Of a stretch of 20,399 bases of DNA, positions 8,293 through 16,736 are shown piece after piece. The position numbers and the translations under genes were made by a program. Source of the DNA: a bacterium (GTDB taxonomy: Bacteria > Bacteroidota > Ignavibacteria > UBA10030); contig JAZDJN010000076.1 of the NCBI GenBank assembly GCA_043803945.1, positions 1-20,399 of the forward strand, read 5' to 3'. Every line of letters starts with the position of its first letter. The stretch's first letter is position 1. The notes under the pieces are model-generated. The model was not told the origin of the DNA and ran no database searches. It saw only the letters and a list, made by a program, of their open reading frames with translations.

Positions 8293-11200
8293 AACCCCTC
8301 CCAATCGCCCACTTATCAATGTAGGTGTAGACAATCGGAATGAACACGATTGTGAACAGCGTGGAGGCTATCAATCCGCCGACAAGCGGAATGGTCAATG
8401 CACGTACCAATTCGGAGCCGGTGCCGAACTCGAATATGAGTGGAATCACACCGAGCACTGTCGTCACCGTTGTCATCAAAATCGGGCGTAGGCGTTTCTG
8501 CATTCCCTCCTTTACCGCATCGAACAGCGCCACACCGTCGCGGCGCATCGAAGTGATAATATCTACCGCAATCACCGCATCGTTATCCACCGCACCGATC
8601 ATAATGACAATACCGATCAGCGACATCACATTGTAATTCTGCCCGGCAAGAACCATTGCACCGATCGCTCCGATAAAAGCCAGCGGACTGGAGAGGAGAA
8701 TGACAAAGGGATAAAGTATCGATTCATACTCCGCTGCTAGGATCATATAGACAAGGAAAAGCGACAGCAGGATGACAATAAAGAGGCTGCGGAATGATTC
8801 TTGAATTTCTTCATTCTCGCCGCCCACCGATATACGGTACCCCGCGGGGAATGTAAACTCTGCCGCCCGTCTCTCGATCTCCTCGACAACACTCCCTACC
8901 GACCTGCCGCTGACATTCGCCGTCATAAGAACGGCACGCTGCTGGTTCTCCCGCCAGATTTCCGAATACCCTTCTGTTCTTTTCCACTCGATTAGCTCAC
9001 GGATGGGAATGGAAGTCTCTCCAACGGTGATCGATGCAGCAAGCAGGTCTTCCATTGTTCTTTGCTGTTCAATCACCGGCTGGACACGGACGGTAACCTT
9101 CCTGTCGAAATCGCTCAGGAATGTCGCCTCCTTCCCCCGAACGTGCTGTGCAATTGCCTGTGCAACTGTTTGAACCGAGAGTCCGTACCGAGCCGCCCGA
9201 TCGCGGTCGATGACAATGCGGTATTCTGGACTTCCCTTTTGCGCTCCTGTTTGTAAATCTACCAGCGCCGGAATTTCCCTGAGCTTCGGTGCAAACTCAT
9301 CGGCAATCCGAAACGAGGTTGCCGGGTCTTTACCGAGGATTCGGATCTTGATATCATTTTGTTCGGGCTGCAGAATCTGCTCGAACGTTGTGCCCCGTTT
9401 CTTCACGTTGAACGTCACACCGCTCAACGAGGTTTGCATCCGTGCAAGTGTTGCACGCACTTCAGTAATAACATTGTCGGTCTCCGCCTGGTTGCTTACT
9501 TTAACTTCAAGATCGGCACGCTCCGCCGCAGCGTTCGAGACTGTCCAGTAATTCTGCTCGTCGGTTATTCCCGCCGAAGTATAGACACCTTTGACAGAGT
9601 GCAGCTTCAGAATGACCTGTTCAATCTGCAATGCAAAACTTGAAGTCCCCTCAAGCGTCGAACCCTTCGGCATCATTACCTGAACGCTGAAACGGCTCTG
9701 ATCGATATCGGGTGCAGGCTCGGTTTTTATTGTGAGCGAAACTAGGATGGATAATATGAACAATCCTACCGTTCCGACAACAACGGTGAACCGATGCTGT
9801 AATGCCCAATTGAGATACCTTGTTAATCCTGCATTTGAACTACTACGCACACCATCGACGATCCGGTGAAAAGGTGGAGAAATTGTGGTGAACAGTTGGT
9901 CAAAGAGATTCAGAAGATTGAAGTAGAGCCACACACTCAGTGCGAGCAGTGCCCGTATTGGAACGGTGATCCAGAACCAGATACGGCCAGGCATACTTCG
10001 CTGCAACGCGACAGCCAATTTCAAGTATTGCCGGACAGAATAGTCCTTTCGCTTCAACACGATCTGTCGCGAAACAAGCATCGGCACCAATGTGACTGCA
10101 ACGACAAGCGACACAAGCAGCGAGACTGTCATTGTAATGCCCATATCGAGAAAAAGCTGTGAGGCAACACCTTCCACAAAGATGATGGGGAGGAAGATGG
10201 CAACGTTGGTCAATGTGGATGCCGTAACGGCGAGATTGATTTCCCTGCTTCCTTCAATTGCCGATTCTATTAAAGACATGCCGCGCTCACGAAGACGCGT
10301 AACATTTTCGATGACTACAATGGCATTGTCGCCTAACATCCCGATACCGATAGCCAAGCCGGTAAGCGAAATAATATTGAGATTGATACGGATGAAATAC
10401 ATAACAATGAATGTTGCCAGAATCGAGATCGGCATACAGAGGCCGATGATGACCGGGTAGCGCACACCTTTGAGGAAGAAAAAGAGAACAAGAAATGCAA
10501 GAAATGCGCCGATGACGATTGCCTGCTCTACATCGTCGATGGACTTCGAGATGAACTCAGCCTGATCGGTGATGACATCGAGCTTAAGGTTTGGATATTC
10601 ATCGCGTAGCTGCTGAAGAACGGTGTGGACGCGCTCAGACACCTGCACGGTATTGGTGCCTGCTTCTTTTCGTACCTGGAGTGCGATGATTTCACTACCG
10701 TTGTAGCGGGTCAATCCGGCTCTCTCTTTAAATGTATCTGAGACACTTCCGATATCGCTCACACGGATTGTCCGGCCGTTGCTTATTTTCGCTACGATAA
10801 CATTCCGGATTTCATCCACACGTTTGAACTCGCCGACAGTGCGCAGGGAATATCTGAAGAGTCCGTATTTGATCGTGCCACCGGGAAGATTCAGGTTTGC
10901 CGCTGCAAGAGCCGCGGAGACCTGATCCAGTGTGAGTCCATGCGCCTGCAGTTTACGCATATCGATCTCGACATGTATTTCCCGTTCAAGTCCGCCCAAA
11001 ACAGCCGCCTGTGCAACGCCCTCTACCTGCTCGATGCGCCGCTTTATCAGCGCTCTTGCTGTTTCTTTCAGCTCAACAAGCTGTGAATATTTTGTTGATT
11101 CGTTTTCTTTTTTCTCTCCAATGCTCCCTCTCTCTCTGTTTTCCTCTCTCCCCGCCTGCGTCCCCTCAAGCTGGGAGGGAGCCCCGCCTGCCGATATGGT

Positions 11201-11713
11201 ACCGCCGAGGCGGGCAGGTCCAGCTCCCGACCTTAATGCAATCTCTTCTCTCATCTCTCTTCTATCTTCTCTCTGCTTTTCCGAAACCGCTACCGTCATC
11301 ACCGGTTCCGTCGAAGGATCGATCTTGAGGATTGTTGGCCTGCCTGCCTCACGCGGCAATCCAGCACGAAGCTGATCCAGCTTTTCACGCACTTCGAGCA
11401 TAGCAAAATCCATGTTGGTGCCCCAATAAAACTCAGCCGTTACTACCGAGATACCTTCGCGAGAAGCAGAGGAGGTTCGTTTGACACCTGTTACGGTTCC
11501 GAGAGCGGACTCGATCGGCTGCGTCAATGTGTTTTCAACTTCTTCCGGAGAGACATTCGGATAGGTTGTCTGCACGGTAAGTTTGGGGATCTTAATGGGC
11601 GGAAGAAAATCGATAGCAAGGTTTTTGAAGGCGATCATGCCCAGCGCAACGACACCGATCGTGAACATGATGATGGTAACCGGGCGCTGGATGGAAGTTG
11701 ATGAGAGAGACAT
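8282..11713 (-). CDS. RND efflux permease subunit (AcrB family), ~1143 aa from the ATG at 11713
   Basis: MSLSSTSIQRPV start typical of the family; SPEEVENTLTQPIE; TM4 GMLGDNAIVV; RLRPILMTT. About 60 aa insertion at ~11085-11280. Confidence 0.95.
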   Translation of the reverse strand: MSLSSTSIQRPVTIIMFTIGVVALGMIAFKNLAIDFLPPIKIPKLTVQTTYPNVSPEEVENTLTQPIESALGTVTGVKRTSSASREGISVVTAEFYWGTNMDFAMLEVREKLDQLRAGLPREAGRPTILKIDPSTEPVMTVAVSEKQREDRREMREEIALRSGAGPARLGGTISAGGAPSQLEGTQAGREENRERGSIGEKKENESTKYSQLVELKETARALIKRRIEQVEGVAQAAVLGGLEREIHVEIDMRKLQAHGLTLDQVSAALAAANLNLPGGTIKYGLFRYSLRTVGEFKRVDEIRNVIVAKISNGRTIRVSDIGSVSDTFKERAGLTRYNGSEIIALQVRKEAGTNTVQVSERVHTVLQQLRDEYPNLKLDVITDQAEFISKSIDDVEQAIVIGAFLAFLVLFFFLKGVRYPVIIGLCMPISILATFIVMYFIRINLNIISLTGLAIGIGMLGDNAIVVIENVTRLRERGMSLIESAIEGSREINLAVTASTLTNVAIFLPIIFVEGVASQLFLDMGITMTVSLLVSLVVAVTLVPMLVSRQIVLKRKDYSVRQYLKLAVALQRSMPGRIWFWITVPIRALLALSVWLYFNLLNLFDQLFTTISPPFHRIVDGVRSSSNAGLTRYLNWALQHRFTVVVGTVGLFILSILVSLTIKTEPAPDIDQSRFSVQVMMPKGSTLEGTSSFALQIEQVILKLHSVKGVYTSAGITDEQNYWTVSNAAAERADLEVKVSNQAETDNVITEVRATLARMQTSLSGVTFNVKKRGTTFEQILQPEQNDIKIRILGKDPATSFRIADEFAPKLREIPALVDLQTGAQKGSPEYRIVIDRDRAARYGLSVQTVAQAIAQHVRGKEATFLSDFDRKVTVRVQPVIEQQRTMEDLLAASITVGETSIPIRELIEWKRTEGYSEIWRENQQRAVLMTANVSGRSVGSVVEEIERRAAEFTFPAGYRISVGGENEEIQESFRSLFIVILLSLFLVYMILAAEYESILYPFVILLSSPLAFIGAIGAMVLAGQNYNVMSLIGIVIMIGAVDNDAVIAVDIITSMRRDGVALFDAVKEGMQKRLRPILMTTVTTVLGVIPLIFEFGTGSELVRALTIPLVGGLIASTLFTIVFIPIVYTYIDKWAIGRGSRG
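11151..11233. repeat. Nested palindromic elements in frame within the RND gene
   Basis: Host CTGGGAGGGAGC (11171-11182)/TCCAGCTCCCGACCT (11219-11233) is interrupted by a 36-nt CCCGCCTGC...GGGCAGG insert. Another CCCGCCTGC-starting fragment sits at 11151-11170. Confidence 0.7.
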
Positions 11714-11783
11714 TTGTAATTGCGTATTTAATAAGGGGTAATAAGTTATTTCAAAATTCTTCTCACTTATATAAATAGCCACA

Positions 11784-12911
11784 TCATAATTGAATAGAGA
11801 ATCTCTCTACCCAGTTCAAATGAAGTTCATTGCTCACCAGCAACAACAATTCTTGGTTTCCTTTGAATGCAGCGCCAAAAACTTTTAGCCCTTTTTTGAG
11901 TGGTGGAATTATCAATCTTTTCGAAAAAACGCCAGAGAGGCTGTAGCAATCCAAATAATTACTCTGCCCATCGATACTTATTATCGGAACAAGCAAATGC
12001 GTCCATCCATTTTTTATTCCTAATGCACTCCCAGAATTATTCATCTGCATAGAACTTCCCCTGTCAATGATCTGTATGTCTAAACCACTTTGTGTATCAA
12101 AACCAACGCTGGGATTTACCTGTTCAATCGTTTTTGTTTTTAAATCATACCTGATCAAGATATATGGATTTCTCTGGGAATAGAGTACGCTTTGGTTATC
12201 GGCAAGTAACACCACGTTTGTCATTCCAAAAGAAGATAACATACTTCGAGCCGAATTTTTTAGAAGGTTATTATTAAATAGTTTTAGCAACCCCTCTTTT
12301 GGTTCAATAATTTTCCCAAATTCATCAAGAATTCTATTATTCTTTAGTGAAATAATTCTTAACGGTTTAAATTGTTGATCCAACAGGAAACTACTTGTTA
12401 TGAGCTGAGTACCGTTGATAAAATCTATATCGTCCGTAAGTCTTTCCAAAGAGATTGTGCGAATGAGTTTTCCATTCTCTGAGAATATTGTACAACGCCT
12501 CAATGTGTTATCTATCACGGATAACTGTTTGTCGTGAAAGATTTTCATTGGACCTAATGTTTTAAACTCTCCCGGGCCACTGCCGATTTTACCTATTCGA
12601 AATAGTTCACTTCCCGTTTTTAGCGAAAACACTCTTATACTTCCTGCCTGTTGATCGGCCAAATAGAGCTTGCCATCCTCTGAACATTCAATACTTCTAA
12701 TACCATAAAAATATATGTCATTGGTCGTATCGGGGAATCCAAACGATGAAATCTTGGTGATTTTTCCTTTGATTGCTTTCACATTTAATTGACAAAGCAC
12801 TGTCGTAGATGTAAATAGAATGATAGCAAACACAAAACTGTATAATATTCGGATACACCAATTATTGATTATCAAGATATTCAATCCTTCTGGAATTCGT
12901 TTTATCTTCAC
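11784..12911 (-). CDS. 6-bladed beta-propeller exported protein, ~375 aa (start uncertain)
   Basis: Signal-like hydrophobic segment ending TTVLCQ; DGKLYLAD; GKIGSGPGEF. Paralog of 6897-8017 (SQRNPY/SQRHPY). Confidence 0.85.
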   Translation of the reverse strand: MKIKRIPEGLNILIINNWCIRILYSFVFAIILFTSTTVLCQLNVKAIKGKITKISSFGFPDTTNDIYFYGIRSIECSEDGKLYLADQQAGSIRVFSLKTGSELFRIGKIGSGPGEFKTLGPMKIFHDKQLSVIDNTLRRCTIFSENGKLIRTISLERLTDDIDFINGTQLITSSFLLDQQFKPLRIISLKNNRILDEFGKIIEPKEGLLKLFNNNLLKNSARSMLSSFGMTNVVLLADNQSVLYSQRNPYILIRYDLKTKTIEQVNPSVGFDTQSGLDIQIIDRGSSMQMNNSGSALGIKNGWTHLLVPIISIDGQSNYLDCYSLSGVFSKRLIIPPLKKGLKVFGAAFKGNQELLLLVSNELHLNWVERFSIQL

Positions 12912-12946
12912 TCGTCGTTACCAAAGGAGAGCGCAATGTCTTCTCC

Positions 12947-14083
12947 TCATCTCTTCATCCTGTAGATTTGGATTCTTGCATTGTGTTCATTTTGTTTTAT
13001 AAGAGTCTCTTCAATCTTTCTGCCATTGATATTTAATCCGGCGGGAAGAAAAACGTATAGCACATCATTAAGAACAAATGAATGTGATACCAGATATGGT
13101 ATAACGATACCGAGCATAATTGCTGCCCCATTTAACGAATAGATATCCATAAAATGTTTTCTAGATGATATCGTCTCGGGAGTCATTCTAAATAGAAGGA
13201 TAAGGTCGTTGTTGAGAAGCTGTATTCTGCCTACGGTGGAATTGGATAGCTCATACTTCCTCGCATCTCTCATATTTCTTTGTATTTCCGCTGTAGGTAT
13301 TTTTTCTGAGGCCTTCCAGTCAGAAGGAATATCACCGAATGAATCCAGAAGCTTACCATTTTCGTTAAACACTTGAATTCGATATTCATAGGGAGAGGCA
13401 TGATAAATTAATCCGGTTCTATCGATTACTATGCCGCCACCCTCTCGTTGAAATGCTGGTGTAAATGACTTTGGATGAGGAGCAAATCTTACCAGTTCCT
13501 TTCCCTCAGGATCATATTTCACCACAGTTCCTTCCGTTGAACCTTTTCTGGTTACTATGCCAATTGCATACATGTAAATATTCTTCGCTGCATCGAATTG
13601 GAACTGTGTGAAGGGATTACCTAGCATGAAGGTGGCATTGTCGTACTCGCCGGTCGAGGTATAACGAATTAATTTCCCCTCTGTGCTGAAAATATAGATT
13701 TTACCATCCCGGTCGAACTGTGTATCATAAGCTTCAATGTATTCCCCGGGACCTCTTCCGTTACTTCCAATTTCGCGTACAAAACTGCCACTGCTGTCGA
13801 GCAAGTAGCAGCGTCGAGTTGTATAACGATCGTAAATCAAAAATCTTCCATCAGTACCTACAATGATCTGCGGATGTTGACCAAGCAGGAAGCCTTTCCG
13901 TTCCGATAAGATAATTTGTCGTTCCAATGCAAAGATCTCATTAAAATCATTTGCATCCGTGAAGAGAACAGGGTAAGTGTCTTTGAATGTTATTGGAATA
14001 TCTCTTTTGGGAGGTTTCGCACAACCAGAGATAATTAACACGAAGAGAGTAACATAAAGTAGTTGTACAACGAATTGTTTCAT
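12947..14083 (-). CDS. 6-bladed beta-propeller lipoprotein, 378 aa
   Basis: Lipobox ISGC; GSNGRGPGEY; DRDGKIYI and EYRIQVFNENGKLL blades; AAGGAG upstream. Confidence 0.88.
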   Translation of the reverse strand: MKQFVVQLLYVTLFVLIISGCAKPPKRDIPITFKDTYPVLFTDANDFNEIFALERQIILSERKGFLLGQHPQIIVGTDGRFLIYDRYTTRRCYLLDSSGSFVREIGSNGRGPGEYIEAYDTQFDRDGKIYIFSTEGKLIRYTSTGEYDNATFMLGNPFTQFQFDAAKNIYMYAIGIVTRKGSTEGTVVKYDPEGKELVRFAPHPKSFTPAFQREGGGIVIDRTGLIYHASPYEYRIQVFNENGKLLDSFGDIPSDWKASEKIPTAEIQRNMRDARKYELSNSTVGRIQLLNNDLILLFRMTPETISSRKHFMDIYSLNGAAIMLGIVIPYLVSHSFVLNDVLYVFLPAGLNINGRKIEETLIKQNEHNARIQIYRMKR

Positions 14084-14163
14084 TGCTTCATCATCTCCTT
14101 GGAGATTTTAATCAATGAAGAATACGAACAAGTACGGCTTTCTTGACAAGCTACAATCTGTTT

Positions 14164-14214
14164 AGGTCGGGAGCGGACTTGTCCCAACGTTTTTTGTCGG
14201 GAGCTCCCTCCCAG
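14164..14214. repeat. Third-family REP-like hairpin with a nested 25-nt palindrome
   Basis: AGGTCGGGAGCGGA + CTTGTCCCAACGTTTTTTGTCGGGA (14178-14202) + GCTCCCTCCCAG. The host matches the reverse complement of 11171-11233. Confidence 0.7.
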
Positions 14215-14220
14215 ATCAAC

Positions 14221-14369
14221 CTCGTTCCCAAGCTCCGCTTGGGAATATGTGTTTTTTTAAAGCTCTGCTTTCTTCACAATCATCTTTCAAGTTGCCCATC
14301 TACTTGGTTAATCTCATCACTGAAGCAGAGCTTCTCGTTTTGCGTTCCCAAACAGAGTTTGGGAACGAG
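14221..14369. repeat. REPIN-like doublet (149 bp)
   Basis: Left REP 14221-14245, AAAGCTCTGCTTT, spacer, GAAGCAGAGCTTC 14322-14334, right REP 14344-14369. Near-identical to 16243-16394. Confidence 0.92.
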
Positions 14370-14426
14370 AAGAACTTCTGGAGGTAAGCGAGTCTATAGA
14401 CATCCCAGCGATGGGAAAGTGATGCT

Positions 14427-15458
14427 TCACCTTAATGTATACCTCCCAATCTTGGGATTCGCCTCCGGATAATCCTCCAGCTTGACGTAGATGCTATTGC
14501 CGTGACATCCAAGGACATCCTTTTCAAACGGAATTGACTTTACAAGCAAGTTACCATCCGTGTCATAGAAATCGAGTTGATTATCGTACTGGATGAACAC
14601 AATCCCCTTATCGAGAACAAGTGGTCCTTGCATCAGCACCGGACTTCTACGGCCTTCAGATTCTTCATAGATAATCTTCCCTTCACTAAATTCTTTTATG
14701 AGCTTGCCCTCTGAATCATACTTCCGGATTCTGTAAAAAAGCGGATTTATTTCGTAGATGAAGCCCGATGTATCGATGACCATGCCGTTGTATCCAGCCG
14801 AGAAGTTGAGGTCGCTAATTTCTTCTGGGATGAGAGCAAACGATATCATATGTTTTCCAGTAGAAGAAAATTTATGGATCGTTGGAAATATGTTGGGCTT
14901 TTTTGATCTTATGAAGCTCGGTTGAAGCATTCCGTCATAAAGGAAGATTTCATCGTTTTTATTGATATGAATGAAATACTCAGTTCTATCGGGGAACATC
15001 ATCGATTTATAGTTGTAATTCGAGGTATATACCAAAACTTTTCGACCCATATAATCATTAAGGAATATCTCTCCCTCTCTGTTTATCGCAACACTAAGGG
15101 GAGTTTGATATTCCCCCGGTCCATGTCCCTGGCCTCCCAAATCACTAAGAAACTTACCTGTGGTGTCAGCAATGAAGACGGTTTTCGATTGCCATCCATC
15201 GCAGATGATTATATTACCTTGCTGATCAATATCGAAGTCGGTTATCAACGAGATGAAATGATCTTTGCCGGATGATAGTTGTACCTCTTTCTCCAGCACA
15301 GTAAAGTCAGCGAAGGACTTTGCTCCTTTAATAAGATCTAAGGATGCAGGTGGCGGGGGAGCAGCCGTTGTCTTGGTCTTTGACTTCTTACAACCCGACA
15401 ATGAAAAAATTAGGAAGACCAGTACCGTTGCGACCACAGAGCTACTATGATATGCCAT
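14427..15458 (-). CDS. 6-bladed beta-propeller lipoprotein, 343 aa
   Basis: Lipobox LSGC; Pro linker; QLSSGKDH shared with 4926-5987 (QLSTGKDH); GGQGHGPGEY. Confidence 0.88.
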   Translation of the reverse strand: MAYHSSSVVATVLVFLIFSLSGCKKSKTKTTAAPPPPASLDLIKGAKSFADFTVLEKEVQLSSGKDHFISLITDFDIDQQGNIIICDGWQSKTVFIADTTGKFLSDLGGQGHGPGEYQTPLSVAINREGEIFLNDYMGRKVLVYTSNYNYKSMMFPDRTEYFIHINKNDEIFLYDGMLQPSFIRSKKPNIFPTIHKFSSTGKHMISFALIPEEISDLNFSAGYNGMVIDTSGFIYEINPLFYRIRKYDSEGKLIKEFSEGKIIYEESEGRRSPVLMQGPLVLDKGIVFIQYDNQLDFYDTDGNLLVKSIPFEKDVLGCHGNSIYVKLEDYPEANPKIGRYTLR

Positions 15459-15462
15459 AGAT

Positions 15463-15494
15463 CTTGTTCCTCGATCTCAGAGTTTGGGAGTGAG
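15463..15494. repeat. Degenerate right-type REP
   Basis: ...GTTCCTCGATCTCAGAGTTTGGGAGTGAG resembles GTTCCCAAACAGAGTTTGGGAACGAG, and is followed by AAG like several intact copies. Confidence 0.55.
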
Positions 15495-15553
15495 AAGATT
15501 CTAAAAAATGATTTGGGATCATGCATTACAGCTTCTATGATACCTCTCATCAT

Positions 15554-16153
15554 TCAACCTCGTTCCCAAGCTCCGCTTGGGAACGTGTGTTTTTTAAAAG
15601 CTCTGCTTTCTTCTGGCAACCTCCAATCCGTGGCAACTTCTACCAAACCATTATTACCCTCATAATCACGAGCACTCGAATACCTCCAGTGCCGCGGCTC
15701 ATCAACATATCCTCTCCAAACCGGATTGTAATGAATATAGTCGATCTTTTGAGCCATCATCCTCTCGCTGGAGATCATTTGCGGGTGGCTTCCCTCCTGC
15801 CATACTTGATACATACTCTCCTTTTTGTGAGAAGATTTCCTCACATGAAGCTCACTCAATAATGCAGCAGGACCGCTTGCTTCTAATTGATCAATAATCT
15901 TTCGTGCCGTATAGGATTTGAATTCTTTCATTACCTTCGGTAACTCTTCCGCATGAGCAATCACATGGGAATGGTTTTCTAATAGTACGTAAGCATAGAG
16001 TATAATTCTACGTTCTGTATGAATAAACCGAAGTGAGCTTATGAATATCTCTGCAAAACTCGGTTGAGAAAAGAGTGGAAGCCAGTCCACGACCGTCATG
16101 GTCATAAAATAGGGCTGATGAGTTTCAAAAAATTTATATCGTGTGCGGGACAT
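15554..16153 (-). CDS. rayT: REP-associated tyrosine transposase copy 2, 199 aa from the ATG at 16153
   Basis: About 77% aa identity to copy 1 by hand count. ENHSHVI and YIHYNPV motifs. Reads through the left REP to a stop at 15554. Confidence 0.9.
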   Translation of the reverse strand: MSRTRYKFFETHQPYFMTMTVVDWLPLFSQPSFAEIFISSLRFIHTERRIILYAYVLLENHSHVIAHAEELPKVMKEFKSYTARKIIDQLEASGPAALLSELHVRKSSHKKESMYQVWQEGSHPQMISSERMMAQKIDYIHYNPVWRGYVDEPRHWRYSSARDYEGNNGLVEVATDWRLPEESRAFKKHTFPSGAWERG

Positions 16154-16222
16154 AGCAAACCTTCTTGTATAGTTAAAGCAGGGCTTCACACTTTGCGTTC
16201 CCAAACAGAGTTTGGGAACGAG
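15559..16222 (-). mobile_element. RAYT element 2 bounded by inverted REP ends
   Basis: Left REP 15559-15584 and right REP 16197-16222; same layout and length (~665 bp) as 6185-6850. Confidence 0.85.
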
Positions 16223-16242
16223 ACCTTATCGCCTCATTCGAC

Positions 16243-16394
16243 CTCGTTCCCAAGCTCCGCTTGGGAATGTGTGTGTGTTTTAAAGCTCTGCTTTCTTCAC
16301 AATCATTTTTCAAGCTGCCCATCTACCTGGTTAATCTTTCATCATTGAAGCAGAGCTTCTCGTCCTGCGTTCCCAAACAGAGTTTGGGAACGAG
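16243..16394. repeat. REPIN-like doublet (152 bp)
   Basis: Left REP 16243-16267, right REP 16369-16394; spacer nearly identical to that of 14221-14369. Confidence 0.92.
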
Positions 16395-16398
16395 AAGG

Positions 16399-16643
16399 GT
16401 ATAGGATTTGAATTCTTTCATTACCTTCGGTAACTCTTCCGCATGAGCAATCAAATGGGAATGATCTTCTAATAGTACGTAAGCATAGAGTGTAACTCTA
16501 CGGTCTGTGTGAATAAACCGAAGTGAGCTTATGAATATTTCTGCAAAACTTGGTTGAGAAAAGAGTGGAAGCCAGTCCACGACCGTCATGGTCATAAAAT
16601 AGGGCTGATGAGTTTCAAATATTTTATATCGTGTGCGGGACAT
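16399..16643 (-). pseudogene. rayT: 3'-truncated RAYT copy 3
   Basis: Near-copy of 15909-16153 (6 aa differences over ~82 by hand count). Homology ends after FKSYT, 4 nt from the REPIN end, so the catalytic YIHYNPV is missing. Confidence 0.9.
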
Positions 16644-16664
16644 AGCAAACCTTCCTACATGGTT

Positions 16665-16712
16665 GAAGCAGAGCTTCACACTTTGCGTTCCCAAACAGAG
16701 TTTGGGAACGAG
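16665..16712. repeat. Right-type REP end upstream of RAYT copy 3
   Basis: GAAGCAGAGCTTC-N9-GTTCCCAAACAGAGTTTGGGAACGAG. Confidence 0.92.
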
Positions 16713-16736
16713 ACCAATATTCTCACACCCTCTCGC

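Noticed and set aside
11714-11782. 23-aa N-terminal extension of the second RND
   Set aside because: The family-typical N-terminus begins at MSLSS (11713).
16154-16204. N-terminal extensions MGTQSVK... on RAYT copies 2 and 3 (also 16644-16694)
   Set aside because: They start at a TTG inside the REP. Homology with copy 1 begins at MSRTRY.
4785-16712. CRISPR array interpretation of the ~26-nt palindromic repeats
   Set aside because: The repeats alternate orientation, spacing is irregular, spacers are homologous to each other, and there are no cas genes. The RAYT association explains them.
4785-16712. Classical integron attC cassette array
   Set aside because: There is no tyrosine-recombinase integrase and no RYYYAAC...GTTRRRY ends.
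15909-16712. DGR template/variable repeat pair
   Set aside because: There is no reverse transcriptase. The similarity is a RAYT tandem duplication.
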